Below are positions 34,459 to 44,545 of a DNA stretch of 51,330 nucleotides, one piece after another; within the stretch, counting starts at the first letter, position 1; every line of letters begins with the position of its first letter. The position numbers were made by a program, and so were the translations under genes. This stretch comes from Asaia bogorensis (lineage in GTDB: Bacteria > Pseudomonadota > Alphaproteobacteria > Rhodospirillales > CAMCUA01), in NCBI GenBank assembly GCA_945878455.1, contig CAMCUA010000001.1:1-51330 (forward strand), written 5' to 3'. The notes under the pieces were generated by a model. That model had not been told where the DNA came from, did no database searches, and was given only the letters and a program-made list of their open reading frames with translations.

Positions 34459-35724
34459 TCAGCCACCCTTGCTATCGGTTTCGATGTTGGGTGCGCCGAC
34501 GACGGCGCTTTCGCTTGCCGGTGCCTTCTTGCGACTTGCCTTGGGCGCGGCGGTCCTGACGGCGGGCGGGCTGGCCATCGCTTCCTTGACCCGCTCGTTC
34601 ACCACCTGGCCATCGCGGACAACCAGCGTGCCCTTGACGATGTCGTCGTCCCAATCGATAGCCAGCAACTTGCTGTCCTTGTTCACCAGCGGCGTCAGGA
34701 AATTAAGCAGGTTCTTGGCGTAAAGGGCGCTGGCCTCTTCGGCCACACGGCTCGGCACATTTTCGTGACCGACGATGGTCACCCCATGCTTGACCACGAC
34801 ACGGCCGAATTCGGCAAGCTCGCAGTTGCCGCCGGCCTCGACCGCCAGATCGACGATCACCGAACCCGGCTTCATGTCCTTGACCATATCGGCGGTCACC
34901 AGGATCGGCGCCCGGCGTCCGGGAATCAGCGCCGTGCAGATCACGATATCCTGCTTCTTCAGATGCTCGTGGACGACGGCGTCTTGTTTCTTCTGAAAAT
35001 CCTCGCCCATCGCCTTGGCATACCCGCCGGCGGTCTCGGCGGCCTTCGTCGCCTGCTCGTCGACAACGACGAACTTGGCACCCAGGCTTTCCACCTGTTC
35101 CTTGACGGCAGGGCGCACGTCGATAGCGGTGACGACGCCGCCCAGCCGCTTGGCGGTGGCGATGGCCTGCAAACCGGCGACGCCAGCACCCATGACGAAG
35201 ACACGGGCCGGCGGCACGGTGCCCGCCGCCGTCATCATCATCGGGAATATACGACCGTAGTGCCCGGCCGCATCCAGCACGGCTTTGTAGCCGGCGAGAT
35301 TGCTTTGTGAGGACAGGACGTCCATGGACTGCGCCCGGGTGATGCGCGGCATCAGTTCCATGGCGAAGGCAGTAAGACCGGCCTCTGCCACGGCCTGCAC
35401 GGCGGCAGGACGGGTCAGTGCCGAAAGTTGGGCGATGAGGATGGCCCCGGGCCGCATCGCGGCGAGTTCGGGCGCGTTCCGGCCGTCGGCGTCCGGCCCC
35501 TGGACCTTGAGCACAACGTCGGCATCCTTGCAGGCTGCCTTGACATCGGCGGCTACGATGGCACCGGCCGCCTTATAGGCGGCATAGGTGAAGGAGGCCC
35601 CGGCCCCGGCGCCCTTTTCGACGGCCACGTCGAAACCCAACGCGATGAGCTTCTTCACCACGTCCGGCGAGGCGGCGACCCGTGCTTCGCCCGGATGGCG
35701 CTCCTTGGGTACGGTGATCTTCAT
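34459..35724 (-). CDS. pntA: NAD(P) transhydrogenase subunit alpha, part 1 (dI, NAD(H)-binding)
   Basis: '[21 protein letters not shown]', '[22 protein letters not shown]'. It has a Pro/Ala/Lys-rich C-terminal tail of about 40 aa. Confidence 0.95.
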   Translation of the reverse strand: MKITVPKERHPGEARVAASPDVVKKLIALGFDVAVEKGAGAGASFTYAAYKAAGAIVAADVKAACKDADVVLKVQGPDADGRNAPELAAMRPGAILIAQLSALTRPAAVQAVAEAGLTAFAMELMPRITRAQSMDVLSSQSNLAGYKAVLDAAGHYGRIFPMMMTAAGTVPPARVFVMGAGVAGLQAIATAKRLGGVVTAIDVRPAVKEQVESLGAKFVVVDEQATKAAETAGGYAKAMGEDFQKKQDAVVHEHLKKQDIVICTALIPGRRAPILVTADMVKDMKPGSVIVDLAVEAGGNCELAEFGRVVVKHGVTIVGHENVPSRVAEEASALYAKNLLNFLTPLVNKDSKLLAIDWDDDIVKGTLVVRDGQVVNERVKEAMASPPAVRTAAPKASRKKAPASESAVVGAPNIETDSKGG

Positions 35725-35906
35725 CTGCGACGGTTCCCCGCTTGCCAGCTGCGTTGGGAGGCAATTTCGAGTTATGCCGTTGCCGTCAAGGATTCACAAG
35801 GGGGCGCCTTGCCGAGACCAGCCAGCTTTCGGCGGCCGTCTTGCCGTCGGCGGCCCAGCGCCTTACATTGCGCCGCTGAAAGCCGGCCCGCCTCCATGGG
35901 GAGCCG

Positions 35907-36344
35907 ATGCCGGCAGGAAGCGCGCCCCGGATGCCCCTTGTACGCCTCATGGAATTGCTCGATGCCGGCCGGAGACGGCTGTCTTGGGCAGCGCGTGCCC
36001 TGTTTCCCATCGCGGTTCTTTTTTCCGGCCTGTTCGGCGAGGCCGTCGTTACACCCGCCGTCAGCCGGAATACCGCCGAGGCGGCAACGCCCCAGCCTGT
36101 CACCGACGACGCGCAGCGCCAGGAAGGCTTGGTGCCGAAGGGCCACGCTCCCGTCCTTGTCGATCACAAGATACGCCGCAAGCAGGCTTCCCCCGTGGAG
36201 GAAGCATCCGGCGCCTTCGCGCTGCCAAACCTGACATCCGTCGAACCCGGCGACGTTGCCGCAGTCGCAACTGCCGTCCCCTCGTCTTGCGACGCCGGCC
36301 CTGCTTGCCGTTCGTCAGCCAGGCCCCGCGCACCACCTGCCTGA
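35907..36344 (+). CDS. Hypothetical small membrane-anchored protein (orphan ORF; start uncertain: 35907, 35931 or 35949)
   Basis: This is the only frame in the 764-bp gap with protein-like composition and high GC3. It has one hydrophobic segment, 'ARALFPIAVLFSGLFGEAVV', and is followed by a hairpin plus T-tract at 36366-36409. No family was recognised. Confidence 0.4.
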   Translation: MPAGSAPRMPLVRLMELLDAGRRRLSWAARALFPIAVLFSGLFGEAVVTPAVSRNTAEAATPQPVTDDAQRQEGLVPKGHAPVLVDHKIRRKQASPVEEASGAFALPNLTSVEPGDVAAVATAVPSSCDAGPACRSSARPRAPPA

Positions 36345-36365
36345 CGCGCCTATAGCGGCTCTGAA

Positions 36366-36409
36366 CGATCCTTGTCCCGCCCGCAGGACGGATCGTCCCC
36401 CTTTCTTTC
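36366..36409 (+). terminator. Hairpin plus T-rich tract after the orphan ORF
   Basis: CGATCCTTGTCC - CGCCCGCA - GGACGGATCG (one bulge), followed by TCCCCCTTTCTTTC. Confidence 0.5.
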
Positions 36410-36489
36410 GCGCCCCCGCCCGCACCCCGTGCCGGCGGCCCGCCAGGGTGACCAACCTCACCGTGCGGCGGAGTCCTTGGAGACCGAGA

Positions 36490-39045
36490 ATGCGCACATC
36501 GCCGAAAGTTATCGCCGCCTATATCCTCATCACCGTCGCGGTGGTGCTGCCGACATTTTTCAATCTGCTCTCCCCGTCCCAGCTCGAAGCGCTGCCCGGT
36601 TGGGTGTCCAAGGCCCGCATCACACTCGGCCTCGATCTGCGCGGCGGCTCGCATCTGGTGCTCGAGGTCAACTCGAAGGCGTTCGTCGAGGAACGCATGC
36701 AAATTCTCGCCGATGACATGCGTGAGCGGCTGCGCGAGGGCCGCGTGACCCGGGTCCGTCCCCAGGTCGCCGACGGCGCGCTGAACGTCACCACCACCGA
36801 TGCAGCGCAACAGGCCGACGTTTTGCGTATCGCCCGCGAGCTAATCGCCGCCACGGACGCGGGCTCCGGTAAAGCCGCTAGCATGACGGTCGAAACCGTG
36901 TCGCCGACCCACATCCGCTTAAAGCTGACCGAGGCCGGTTTGCGCGACCGCATCGGATCGGCGGTGGAGCAAAGTCTGGAAATCGTCCGCAACCGCATCG
37001 ACGAAGTCGGTGTCGCGGAGCCGACCATCCAGCGCCTCGGCCTGGAACGCATCCTGGTCCAGTTGCCCGGCGTGCAGGACCCGGACCGCATCAAGCGGCT
37101 GCTGGGCAGTACAGCCAAGCTCAGCTTCCATTTGGTCGAAGGCGAAGGACTCGCGCAGCCCGCCAATCGGGATGTCTCGGAAAATCTCCCCAGCCGCGAC
37201 GGCAAGGAGCACTACACGATCAACCGCCGCCCGGTGGTCACCGGCGACCAGTTGGTCGACGCCAAGGCCGGCTTCGATCAGCGCACCAACGAACCGATCA
37301 TCTCCTTCCAGTTCGACTCCAAGGGCAAGCTCGCCTTCGCCAAATTCACCCAGGCCAACGTCGGCAAGCCCCTGGCCATCGTTTTAGACGGCAAGGTGCT
37401 GAGCGCGCCCGTCATCCGTGAGCCGATCGTCGGCGGTTCGGGCCAGATCAGCGGACGGTATACCACGCAGGAAACGACCGACCTGGCGACCCTGTTGCGG
37501 GCCGGCGCCCTGCCAGCACCCTTGACCGTGATCGAGGAGCGCACGGTCGGCGCCGACCTGGGCGCCGATGCCATCGCCAAGGGAACCTGGACCGGCCTGG
37601 TCGGCTTCCTTCTGGTTTTCGGCTTCATGATCTGCCTGTACGGCACCTGGGGTCTGATCGCTAATCTTGCCCTGTTGCTTAACGTGCTGATGACCTTGGG
37701 CACGCTCAGCCTGTTGGGCGCCACGCTGACGCTGCCCGGTATCGCCGGTATCGTGCTCGGCATCGGCCTGGCAGTCGACGCCAACGTACTGATCAACGAG
37801 CGCATCCGCGAGGAAACGCGCAAGGGATCGAGCGCCTTGGCATCGTTGGATGCCGGTTTTAAACGCGCCTTCTCAACCATCGTCGATTCCAACGTCACGA
37901 CGCTGATCGCCTCGCTGCTGCTGTTCATGTTCGCCACCGGCCCGGTGCGCGGTTTCGCCGTGACCATGGGCATCGGCATCGGCATCTCAATGTTTACCGC
38001 CGTCGCGGTGGTTCGTATCCTCATGGAATGGGTGGTGCGCCGCCAGCGGCTGAAGACGCTGCGCATCGAGCCGCTGTTCCATCTGATCCCCGATGGCACA
38101 TCGATCCCCTTCATGAAGGCCCGCAGGCTCGGCCTAATGGTATCAGTCGTGTTGTCAGTCGCCTCGGTTATTCTGTTTTTCAAGCCCGGGCTTAACTACG
38201 GCGTCGATTTCCGCGGCGGCATCCAAGTCGAAGTGCTGACCGCCGGTCCCGCTGATTTGGCGAGCTTGCGTGCCAAGCTGGATACCTTGGAACTTGGCGA
38301 GGTCGGCTTGCAGGAATTCGGCCGCGCGGACACGGTGCTGGTGCGCGCCGAAGAACAGCCGGGAGGCGAAATCGCCCAGACGCAAGCTGTGAAACGGATC
38401 AAGCAAGCCGTCAGCGACGTCGCTACCGGAGCGATCTTCTCCCGCGTCGAGGTGGTCGGACCCAAGGTCAGCAGCGAGCTGGCGGAAACCGGCATCCTGG
38501 CCGTCGTCTTGGCCAGCCTCGCCATGCTGGCCTACATCTGGACGCGATTCGAATGGCCCTTTGCCGTCGGCGCCATCGCGACCTTGGTGCTGGACGTCAC
38601 CAAGACCGTCGGCTTCCTGGCCTTGACCGGGCTCGACTTCAACTTGACCGCCATCGCCGCCATCCTGGCCTTGATCGGCTATTCGGTGAACGATAAGGTC
38701 GTCGTCTATGACCGCATGCGCGAGAACATGCGGCTCTATAAACAGATGTCGCTGCGCGACCTGATTGACCGCAGCATCAACGAGACGCTGGCGCGCAGCA
38801 TCTACACCTCGGTCACCGCCTTTCTTGCCATGCTGCCCATGGCCATAGCCGGCGGCAGCGCGGTGGAGAGCTTCGCCATACCGATGATCTTTGGCATCAT
38901 CATTGCTGCTTCGTCGTCGGTGTTTATCGCTGCACCGATCCTGTTGTTCTTGGGCGACTGGCGCACCCAGCGGCGAGCCCGCATCGAGGCGGAGAACCCA
39001 ACGCCGGCTGCGCCGGAAGGCCCAAACTATCAGTCTATGCCATAA
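36490..39045 (+). CDS. secDF: Fused protein-export membrane protein SecD/SecF
   Basis: 851 aa from the ATG at 36490 (GGAGA RBS). SecD part: 'LGLDLRGGSHLVLEV', 'IQRLGLERILVQLPGVQDP'. SecF part: 'LNYGVDFRGG', 'GYSVNDKVVVYDRMREN'. The upstream 78 codons of the ORF are R/P-rich and were rejected. Confidence 0.9.
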   Translation: MRTSPKVIAAYILITVAVVLPTFFNLLSPSQLEALPGWVSKARITLGLDLRGGSHLVLEVNSKAFVEERMQILADDMRERLREGRVTRVRPQVADGALNVTTTDAAQQADVLRIARELIAATDAGSGKAASMTVETVSPTHIRLKLTEAGLRDRIGSAVEQSLEIVRNRIDEVGVAEPTIQRLGLERILVQLPGVQDPDRIKRLLGSTAKLSFHLVEGEGLAQPANRDVSENLPSRDGKEHYTINRRPVVTGDQLVDAKAGFDQRTNEPIISFQFDSKGKLAFAKFTQANVGKPLAIVLDGKVLSAPVIREPIVGGSGQISGRYTTQETTDLATLLRAGALPAPLTVIEERTVGADLGADAIAKGTWTGLVGFLLVFGFMICLYGTWGLIANLALLLNVLMTLGTLSLLGATLTLPGIAGIVLGIGLAVDANVLINERIREETRKGSSALASLDAGFKRAFSTIVDSNVTTLIASLLLFMFATGPVRGFAVTMGIGIGISMFTAVAVVRILMEWVVRRQRLKTLRIEPLFHLIPDGTSIPFMKARRLGLMVSVVLSVASVILFFKPGLNYGVDFRGGIQVEVLTAGPADLASLRAKLDTLELGEVGLQEFGRADTVLVRAEEQPGGEIAQTQAVKRIKQAVSDVATGAIFSRVEVVGPKVSSELAETGILAVVLASLAMLAYIWTRFEWPFAVGAIATLVLDVTKTVGFLALTGLDFNLTAIAAILALIGYSVNDKVVVYDRMRENMRLYKQMSLRDLIDRSINETLARSIYTSVTAFLAMLPMAIAGGSAVESFAIPMIFGIIIAASSSVFIAAPILLFLGDWRTQRRARIEAENPTPAAPEGPNYQSMP

Positions 39046-39090
39046 CCCTGCCGCAATCGCACTTCATAGTGATCTCCTTTACCAGCCGCT

Positions 39091-39732
39091 ATGGCGGGCG
39101 ACATCGGGAGGCCCTTCTCGGATGAGTGGCAGATGACGGCCAGACGCACGTCGGAGATTTTGCTGCGGATGGTCGGCGAGGCGCGGGGGCCGGAGCGGTT
39201 GACCGTCGGCACCGTCGTCGCCCGCTTGGGCGAGCGGTCCTTTGGCATGCTCTATCTGCTGTTGGGACTGATCTCCTTCGTGCCGGCGCCGCCCGGATTC
39301 GGCCTGATCGTTGGACTAGCGTTGATGCTGGTCTCCGCGCAGATGATCGTCGGCCGGCAACGACCGTGGCTGCCTGGCTTTGTTTCCCGGGCCGGTACAC
39401 GGCGCAAGAATGTCGGCAAGATATCGCGCAAGCTGGCCCGTTGGCTGCGGTGGCTGGAAAATCTGGCGCGCCCGCGATTGAGCGCAGCCGTCGGCCCCGC
39501 TGCCGAACGGGTGATCGGCATGGCCGTGTTCTTCCTAGCCTTTCTCATCAGCTTGCCGGTTCCCTTTTTCGGCAATACGCCGCCGGCAGCAGCGGTCTTG
39601 CTATTCGCCCTGGGCCTGATCGAGCGCGACGGAGCGATGATCCTGATCGCCTTCGTGCTGACAGCCGTCGTCACCCTGCTAAGCGGCGGCCTCGCCTGGG
39701 CCGCCGTCGAGCAGCTTGCCCTTTTTTGGTAA
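39091..39732 (+). CDS. exoD: ExoD-family membrane protein (exopolysaccharide synthesis ExoD-like)
   Basis: 'LTVGTVVARLGERSFGMLYLLLGLISFVPAPPGFGLIVGLALMLVSAQMIVGRQRPWLPGF'. An alternative start is the ATG at 39133. Confidence 0.7.
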   Translation: MAGDIGRPFSDEWQMTARRTSEILLRMVGEARGPERLTVGTVVARLGERSFGMLYLLLGLISFVPAPPGFGLIVGLALMLVSAQMIVGRQRPWLPGFVSRAGTRRKNVGKISRKLARWLRWLENLARPRLSAAVGPAAERVIGMAVFFLAFLISLPVPFFGNTPPAAAVLLFALGLIERDGAMILIAFVLTAVVTLLSGGLAWAAVEQLALFW

Positions 39733-39904
39733 CCTCAACCCCGTAGGCTACGCGCCAACACCACTGTGGCAATGCCGATGGCGGCCGTGGCGATGATTTC
39801 TGCCCGGGTTTCGGATTCTCGTGTCATACGCCATGTTCCTGCAAAGAGACGATGGCCGGACGCCGCAGCCTCGGCCACAATGGACAGGAATTGGGGAGGA
39901 ATGC

Positions 39905-40207
39905 ATGCGTCTTGAAGAACTTGCCAAGGTGGTCCGCAGCAAAAACGCCGGCCCGATGCACCTGACGTTCGATCTCATGTTCGACAATGAAGCGGCCTAT
40001 CAGCGCGTCTTGCAATCGCCGGAGATGACACCGGCGCGCATCGCCGCAGCCTATGACGTGCCGCCGGAAACCGTCACCATCGTGCCCTATCCACCGGCCC
40101 TGGCCATCAAGATCGCGATGAACCGCAAGGTGGTTTCCGGCGATCCGGGCGACCGCGATGTTTACGGTGCGCAACAGCACGGTCCGCTGCTGGAGATCGA
40201 GCTGTGA
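39905..40207 (+). CDS. DUF4387 protein (AtuA-associated small protein)
   Basis: 'MRLEELAKVVRSKNAGPMHLTFDLMFDNEAAYQRV...VTIVPYPPALAIKIAM', with a GGGGAGGA RBS. The stop overlaps the next gene's GTG (GTGA). Confidence 0.7.
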   Translation: MRLEELAKVVRSKNAGPMHLTFDLMFDNEAAYQRVLQSPEMTPARIAAAYDVPPETVTIVPYPPALAIKIAMNRKVVSGDPGDRDVYGAQQHGPLLEIEL

Positions 40208-41598
40208 GCGCCTTTTTCCGTCTGCGCGAGGAATTCGCCCGCGCCCGCCGGCCGCTCAAGGTGCTCGGCGCCTCCGGCCAGCTCGGCTACGGCCTGCCGG
40301 CCAAGGCACTGCAGGAAGGCCTGGCGCGCAAGCCCGACCTCCTCGGCTGCGACATGGGTTCGATCGACGTCGGCCCCTACTTCCTCGGTTCCGGCCAACT
40401 CGCCACCGCCGATGAGATGATGCGCCGTGACCTGACCGACGTACTGGTTGCCGCTCGTAGCCTCGACGTTCCGCTGCTGATCGGCACGGCCGGCACGGCC
40501 GGCGCCTCGGCTCATCTCGACGCCACCGCCGCCGTGCTGCGCGAGATTGCCCGCGAGAAAGGACTGCATTTTAAGCTGGCACTGATCCGCGCCGACATGC
40601 CGCGCGACACGGTGAAGGCCGCCGCTCGGGCCGGGCGCATCGCATCCATCGGCGCCATGCCGGCGTTGACCGACGAAGAGATCGATGCCGCCGGCAATCT
40701 GGTCGGCCAGATGGGCACGGAGGCCTTTTGCCGGGCGCTGGAGGCCGGCGCCGACGTGGTACTGGCAGGGCGCGCTTGCGACACTGCCATCTTCGCGGCC
40801 ATTCCGTCGATGCTCGGCTTCCCGATGGGGCCGGTGATGCATATGGCGAAGATCGTCGAGTGCTCGTCGCTGTGCTGCGTGCCGGGCGGGCGCGATGCCA
40901 TCCTGGCGACGTTGGAGGGAGATTCCTTCGTCCTGGAAAGCATGAATCCGACACGCCGTGCCACGCCGATGTCGGTCGCCGCACACAGCCTGTACGAACA
41001 ATCCGACCCCACGGCGGTCGCCGAACCGGAAGGCATCCTGTATGTGGATCGCGCCGAATACGTGGCGGTGGATGAGCGGCGTTGCCGGGTATCGGGCGCC
41101 ACCTGGGAGGAGGCTCGCATCCCGACCGTCAAGATCGAGGGTGCGCGCAAGGTGGGCGAGCGCGCCGTGCTGTTGTGCGGCAGCGCCGATCCACGCTTCA
41201 TCGCCAGCGCCCACGACCGGGTCGAGGAAGTCCGCGAGGTGGTGCGCGGCCTGCTCTGCGGCGAGTCGCCCGCCGACTATAACCTGATCTTTCGCATCTA
41301 TGGGCTGGATGGCGTGCATACCTGGCAGAAGCCGCCCGCCGCGCCGCCGCGCGAGATCTTCATCATGGGCGAGTGCATCGCCGAAACGGCAGAGCGCGCG
41401 CTGGCGGTGATGAAAACCACCAAGCAATTCTTGTTGCATCACGGCTTTCCCGGCCGGCTTTCGACCGGTGGTAACATCGCCTTCCCCTTCACGCCGCCCG
41501 AGCTTTCCGGCGGTCCGGCCTATCGCTTCAACGCCTATCACATCATGGAGGTGGACGATCTGGCGCCGCTATTTCCCGTCGAGATGGAGACGCTCTAA
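40204..41598 (+). CDS. AtuA-like protein (DUF1446, acyclic terpene utilisation family)
   Basis: 464 aa. 'VLGASGQLGYGLPAKALQEGLARKPDLLGCDMGSID', 'LLIGTAGTAGA', 'ADVVLAGRACDTAIFAA'. The family was recalled from its typical pairing with DUF4387. Confidence 0.7.
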   Translation: MSAFFRLREEFARARRPLKVLGASGQLGYGLPAKALQEGLARKPDLLGCDMGSIDVGPYFLGSGQLATADEMMRRDLTDVLVAARSLDVPLLIGTAGTAGASAHLDATAAVLREIAREKGLHFKLALIRADMPRDTVKAAARAGRIASIGAMPALTDEEIDAAGNLVGQMGTEAFCRALEAGADVVLAGRACDTAIFAAIPSMLGFPMGPVMHMAKIVECSSLCCVPGGRDAILATLEGDSFVLESMNPTRRATPMSVAAHSLYEQSDPTAVAEPEGILYVDRAEYVAVDERRCRVSGATWEEARIPTVKIEGARKVGERAVLLCGSADPRFIASAHDRVEEVREVVRGLLCGESPADYNLIFRIYGLDGVHTWQKPPAAPPREIFIMGECIAETAERALAVMKTTKQFLLHHGFPGRLSTGGNIAFPFTPPELSGGPAYRFNAYHIMEVDDLAPLFPVEMETL

Positions 41599-41604
41599 GC
41601 GCTC

Positions 41605-42414
41605 TTAACGGCCGGCGGGTGCGCCGCGGTTCATCAGCCGCCCGGCGAGAAGAATGCCGACCGTCACGACGCCGACGAAGATGGTGGCGAGCGCGTTGAT
41701 CTGTGGGCTGACGCCCAGGCGGACGCTGGAAAAAATCACCTGCGGCAGGGTGGAAGACCCGGGACCGGACACGAAGCTGGCGATCACCAGATCGTCGAGC
41801 GACAGGGTGAAAGCCAACAGCCAAGCCGCCATGATCGACGGCGCGATGATCGGCAGGGTGATGACGAAAAAGACCTTGAGCGGCCGCGCGCCCAAATCCA
41901 TCGCCGCTTCCTCCAGCGTCCGGTCCATCTGACTCAGGCGCGACTGGATGACAACCGTGGCGAAGGCCATGGAGAAGGTGATGTGGGCGATAGTGACGGT
42001 CGTCGCCGAGCGGCCTTCCGGCCAGCCGACGGCCTGCTCCATGGCGACGAACAGCAGGAGCGTCGCCAGCCCGGTGATGATTTCCGGCATAACCAAGGGC
42101 GCCGTCACCAACGCGAGGAACAACGTGCGCCCACGAAAGTTTCGGAATCGGACGATAACGACCGCCGCCAGGGTCGCCAGGAAAACCGCCCCACAGGCAT
42201 TGACGAAGGCGATTTTCAGCGAAAGCCACGCCGCATCGAGAATTTTTTGATTGCCCATCAGCTCGCCGTACCACTTGGTCGAAAAGCCCGACCAGACGGT
42301 CACCAGCCGCGATTCGTTGAAGGAAAAAATCATCAGCAGGACGATCGGCAGATAGAGAAAAGCGTAGCCGAAGCCCAACACGGCAATCAGAGCAAAGCCA
42401 CGCTTGCCGGCCAT
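41605..42414 (-). CDS. potI: Putrescine/spermidine ABC transporter permease
   Basis: The start 'MAGKRGFALIAVLGFGYAFLYLPIVLLMIFSFN' overlaps the potH stop by 1 nt (TGATG). EAA-loop region: 'LEEAAMDLGARPLKVFFVITLP'. Confidence 0.85.
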   Translation of the reverse strand: MAGKRGFALIAVLGFGYAFLYLPIVLLMIFSFNESRLVTVWSGFSTKWYGELMGNQKILDAAWLSLKIAFVNACGAVFLATLAAVVIVRFRNFRGRTLFLALVTAPLVMPEIITGLATLLLFVAMEQAVGWPEGRSATTVTIAHITFSMAFATVVIQSRLSQMDRTLEEAAMDLGARPLKVFFVITLPIIAPSIMAAWLLAFTLSLDDLVIASFVSGPGSSTLPQVIFSSVRLGVSPQINALATIFVGVVTVGILLAGRLMNRGAPAGR

Positions 42415-43364
42415 CACCCAGCCTCCTCGGCTTTCTGGCGGTAACGCTGAAAGGCCAGGATCGGTGCCACCAACATCACCAGCATGGCCACCGCCACGGC
42501 GGAAGCAAGCGGCCAATCGCGGTTGGTAAAAAACTCCACCCACAGCACCTTGCCGATCATTAATGTATCGGGACCGCCCAACAGATCGGGGATGACGAAT
42601 TCACCGACCGAGGGAATGAACACCAGCATCGAGCCGGCGACGATACCCGGCATCGACAGCGGCAAAGTGATCAGCAGGAAGGCGCGGAACGGCCGGCATC
42701 CCAAATCAGCCGCCGCCTCCAACAGGGTCAGGTCCATTTTTTCCAGCGTCGCATAGAGCGGCAGGACCATGAACGGCAGATAGGAATAAACTAGGCCGAT
42801 ATAGACCGCCCAATCCGTATGCAGGATCACGAGGGGCGCATCGATCAAGCCGATGGCGATCAGGAAGTTGTTGAGCAGGCCTTCGTCCTTGAGGATGCCG
42901 ATCCAGGCGTAGACCCGGATCAAGAACGAGGTCCAGAACGGCAGCATGATGAGCAACAACAGCCCATGGCGCCGTGCCTCCGGCGCGCGTGCAATGGCGT
43001 AGGCCATGGGATAACCAAGCAGCAGGCAAAACGCCGTGGCGATAGCAGCGATCTTGATCGAGTTCAGATAGGCAGCCAGATAGAGGCCGTCATCGAGCAG
43101 GAAGATATAATTGGCCATATTGAGGCGGAATTGGAGGTAGTTGTCCTCCACCCAGGCGACGAGCGGCGTATAGGGCGGGATGGCGGATACCATCTCGGCA
43201 AAGCTGATCTTCAGCACGATGACAAAGGGGATCAGGAAGAAAAGCGCCAACCAGAAGTAAGCCGGCAGAACGACCAGCAGGCGTCCAAAGCCGCCCGCGA
43301 GAACCCAACGCACCGCGCCCGCCAATCCGTTCACGGACCGCCCACTCCCTGGCTGCCCGTTCAC
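42414..43364 (-). CDS. potH: Putrescine/spermidine ABC transporter permease
   Basis: 'LLEAAADLGCRPFRAFLLITLPLSMPG'. The GTG start overlaps the potG stop (GTGA). Confidence 0.85.
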   Translation of the reverse strand: MNGQPGSGRSVNGLAGAVRWVLAGGFGRLLVVLPAYFWLALFFLIPFVIVLKISFAEMVSAIPPYTPLVAWVEDNYLQFRLNMANYIFLLDDGLYLAAYLNSIKIAAIATAFCLLLGYPMAYAIARAPEARRHGLLLLIMLPFWTSFLIRVYAWIGILKDEGLLNNFLIAIGLIDAPLVILHTDWAVYIGLVYSYLPFMVLPLYATLEKMDLTLLEAAADLGCRPFRAFLLITLPLSMPGIVAGSMLVFIPSVGEFVIPDLLGGPDTLMIGKVLWVEFFTNRDWPLASAVAVAMLVMLVAPILAFQRYRQKAEEAG

Positions 43365-44521
43365 TGGGTCAGTACCACGGCATTGGCCGGGTGCCAGCCG
43401 ACCCAGACCACATCTTCCCAGGTGACTCGTTGTTCCGCCGTGTGGCGCAAATTGGTCTGCGCGACCTCCACGACCTTCCCGCTGTCCAACCGAACGTGAT
43501 AGATCGAGATATCGCCCAGGTAGGCGATGTCGCGCACCCGGCCCGAGGCTGAATTGACCTCACCGGTCGGCCGCTCACGCCCCATGGTCATTTTTTCGGG
43601 TCGGATCATCACCGTCACCGGCGCCCCCGAGGGCACCGCGCCGGCCTGACTGACGGTGACCGCCGTCGGCATGTCGGGGCACTGCACGACCACGGTGTCG
43701 GCCGTATGCGATTGCACGGAACCGTCGAGCAAGTTGGCAGTACCGATGAAGTCGGCGACGTATCGGCTGTGCGGGTATTCATAGATTTCCGCGGGCGTGC
43801 CAACCTGTTCGATGCGCCCGCTATGCATCACGCCAATGCGACTCGACATGGTCATCGCTTCTTCCTGGTCGTGGGTGACGACAACGAAGGTGACGCCCAC
43901 CCGTTCCTGAATATTGACCAGTTCGAATTGGGTCTGTTCGCGCAACTTCTTATCGAGCGCCCCCAAGGGCTCGTCGAGCAGCAGGACCTTGGGCTCCTTG
44001 ACCAGAGAACGGGCCAAAGCCACGCGCTGGCGCTGACCGCCGGATAACTGATGGGGTTTGCGCCGGGCAAAATTCGTCATCTGCACCAGATCGAGCACGG
44101 CGCCGACCCGTTCGGCAATGCGCGTGCGCGGCAATCCTTCCTGTTTCAGGCCAAAGGCAACATTCTGTTCCACCGTCATATGCGGAAACAACGCATAGGA
44201 CTGAAACATCATATTGGTCGGCCGCTGGTAGGGTGGCATGCCGGCCATGTCGACCCCATCGATGATGACGCGACCTTCGGTTGGCACCTCGAGTCCAGCC
44301 AGGATACGCAGGAGTGTCGACTTGCCGCAGCCGGAAGCGCCGAGCAGGGCAAACAGTTCGCCTTTGTGAATCGACAAGTCGACCTGGCTGACAGCGACAA
44401 CGTCGCCGTAGCTCTTAGAGACCCCTTCCAGCTTGATGAAAGGAACGGCCTTGGGATCCTTCCAAGGCTGCCCCAACGGGCTACCGGGCGCCCGTGCGGG
44501 CGCCGTTAGCGTGTCCGCCAT
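43361..44521 (-). CDS. potG: Putrescine/spermidine ABC transporter ATP-binding protein
   Basis: Walker A 'GASGCGKST', signature 'LSGGQRQRVALAR', Walker B 'LLLDEP'. The ATG at 44521 has a GGGGGA RBS. Confidence 0.9.
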   Translation of the reverse strand: MADTLTAPARAPGSPLGQPWKDPKAVPFIKLEGVSKSYGDVVAVSQVDLSIHKGELFALLGASGCGKSTLLRILAGLEVPTEGRVIIDGVDMAGMPPYQRPTNMMFQSYALFPHMTVEQNVAFGLKQEGLPRTRIAERVGAVLDLVQMTNFARRKPHQLSGGQRQRVALARSLVKEPKVLLLDEPLGALDKKLREQTQFELVNIQERVGVTFVVVTHDQEEAMTMSSRIGVMHSGRIEQVGTPAEIYEYPHSRYVADFIGTANLLDGSVQSHTADTVVVQCPDMPTAVTVSQAGAVPSGAPVTVMIRPEKMTMGRERPTGEVNSASGRVRDIAYLGDISIYHVRLDSGKVVEVAQTNLRHTAEQRVTWEDVVWVGWHPANAVVLTQ

Positions 44522-44545
44522 GGAACGATCCCCCAACCGCCTGCG

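Noticed and set aside
39760-39830. tRNA-like T-loop resemblance ('GGGTTTCGGATTCTCG')
   Set aside because: It does not match GGTTCGAATCC, and no acceptor or anticodon stems can be drawn around it.
40162-41541. 459-aa ORF antisense to the AtuA-like gene
   Set aside because: It is a shadow ORF, Arg/Gly/Ala-rich, with no motifs.
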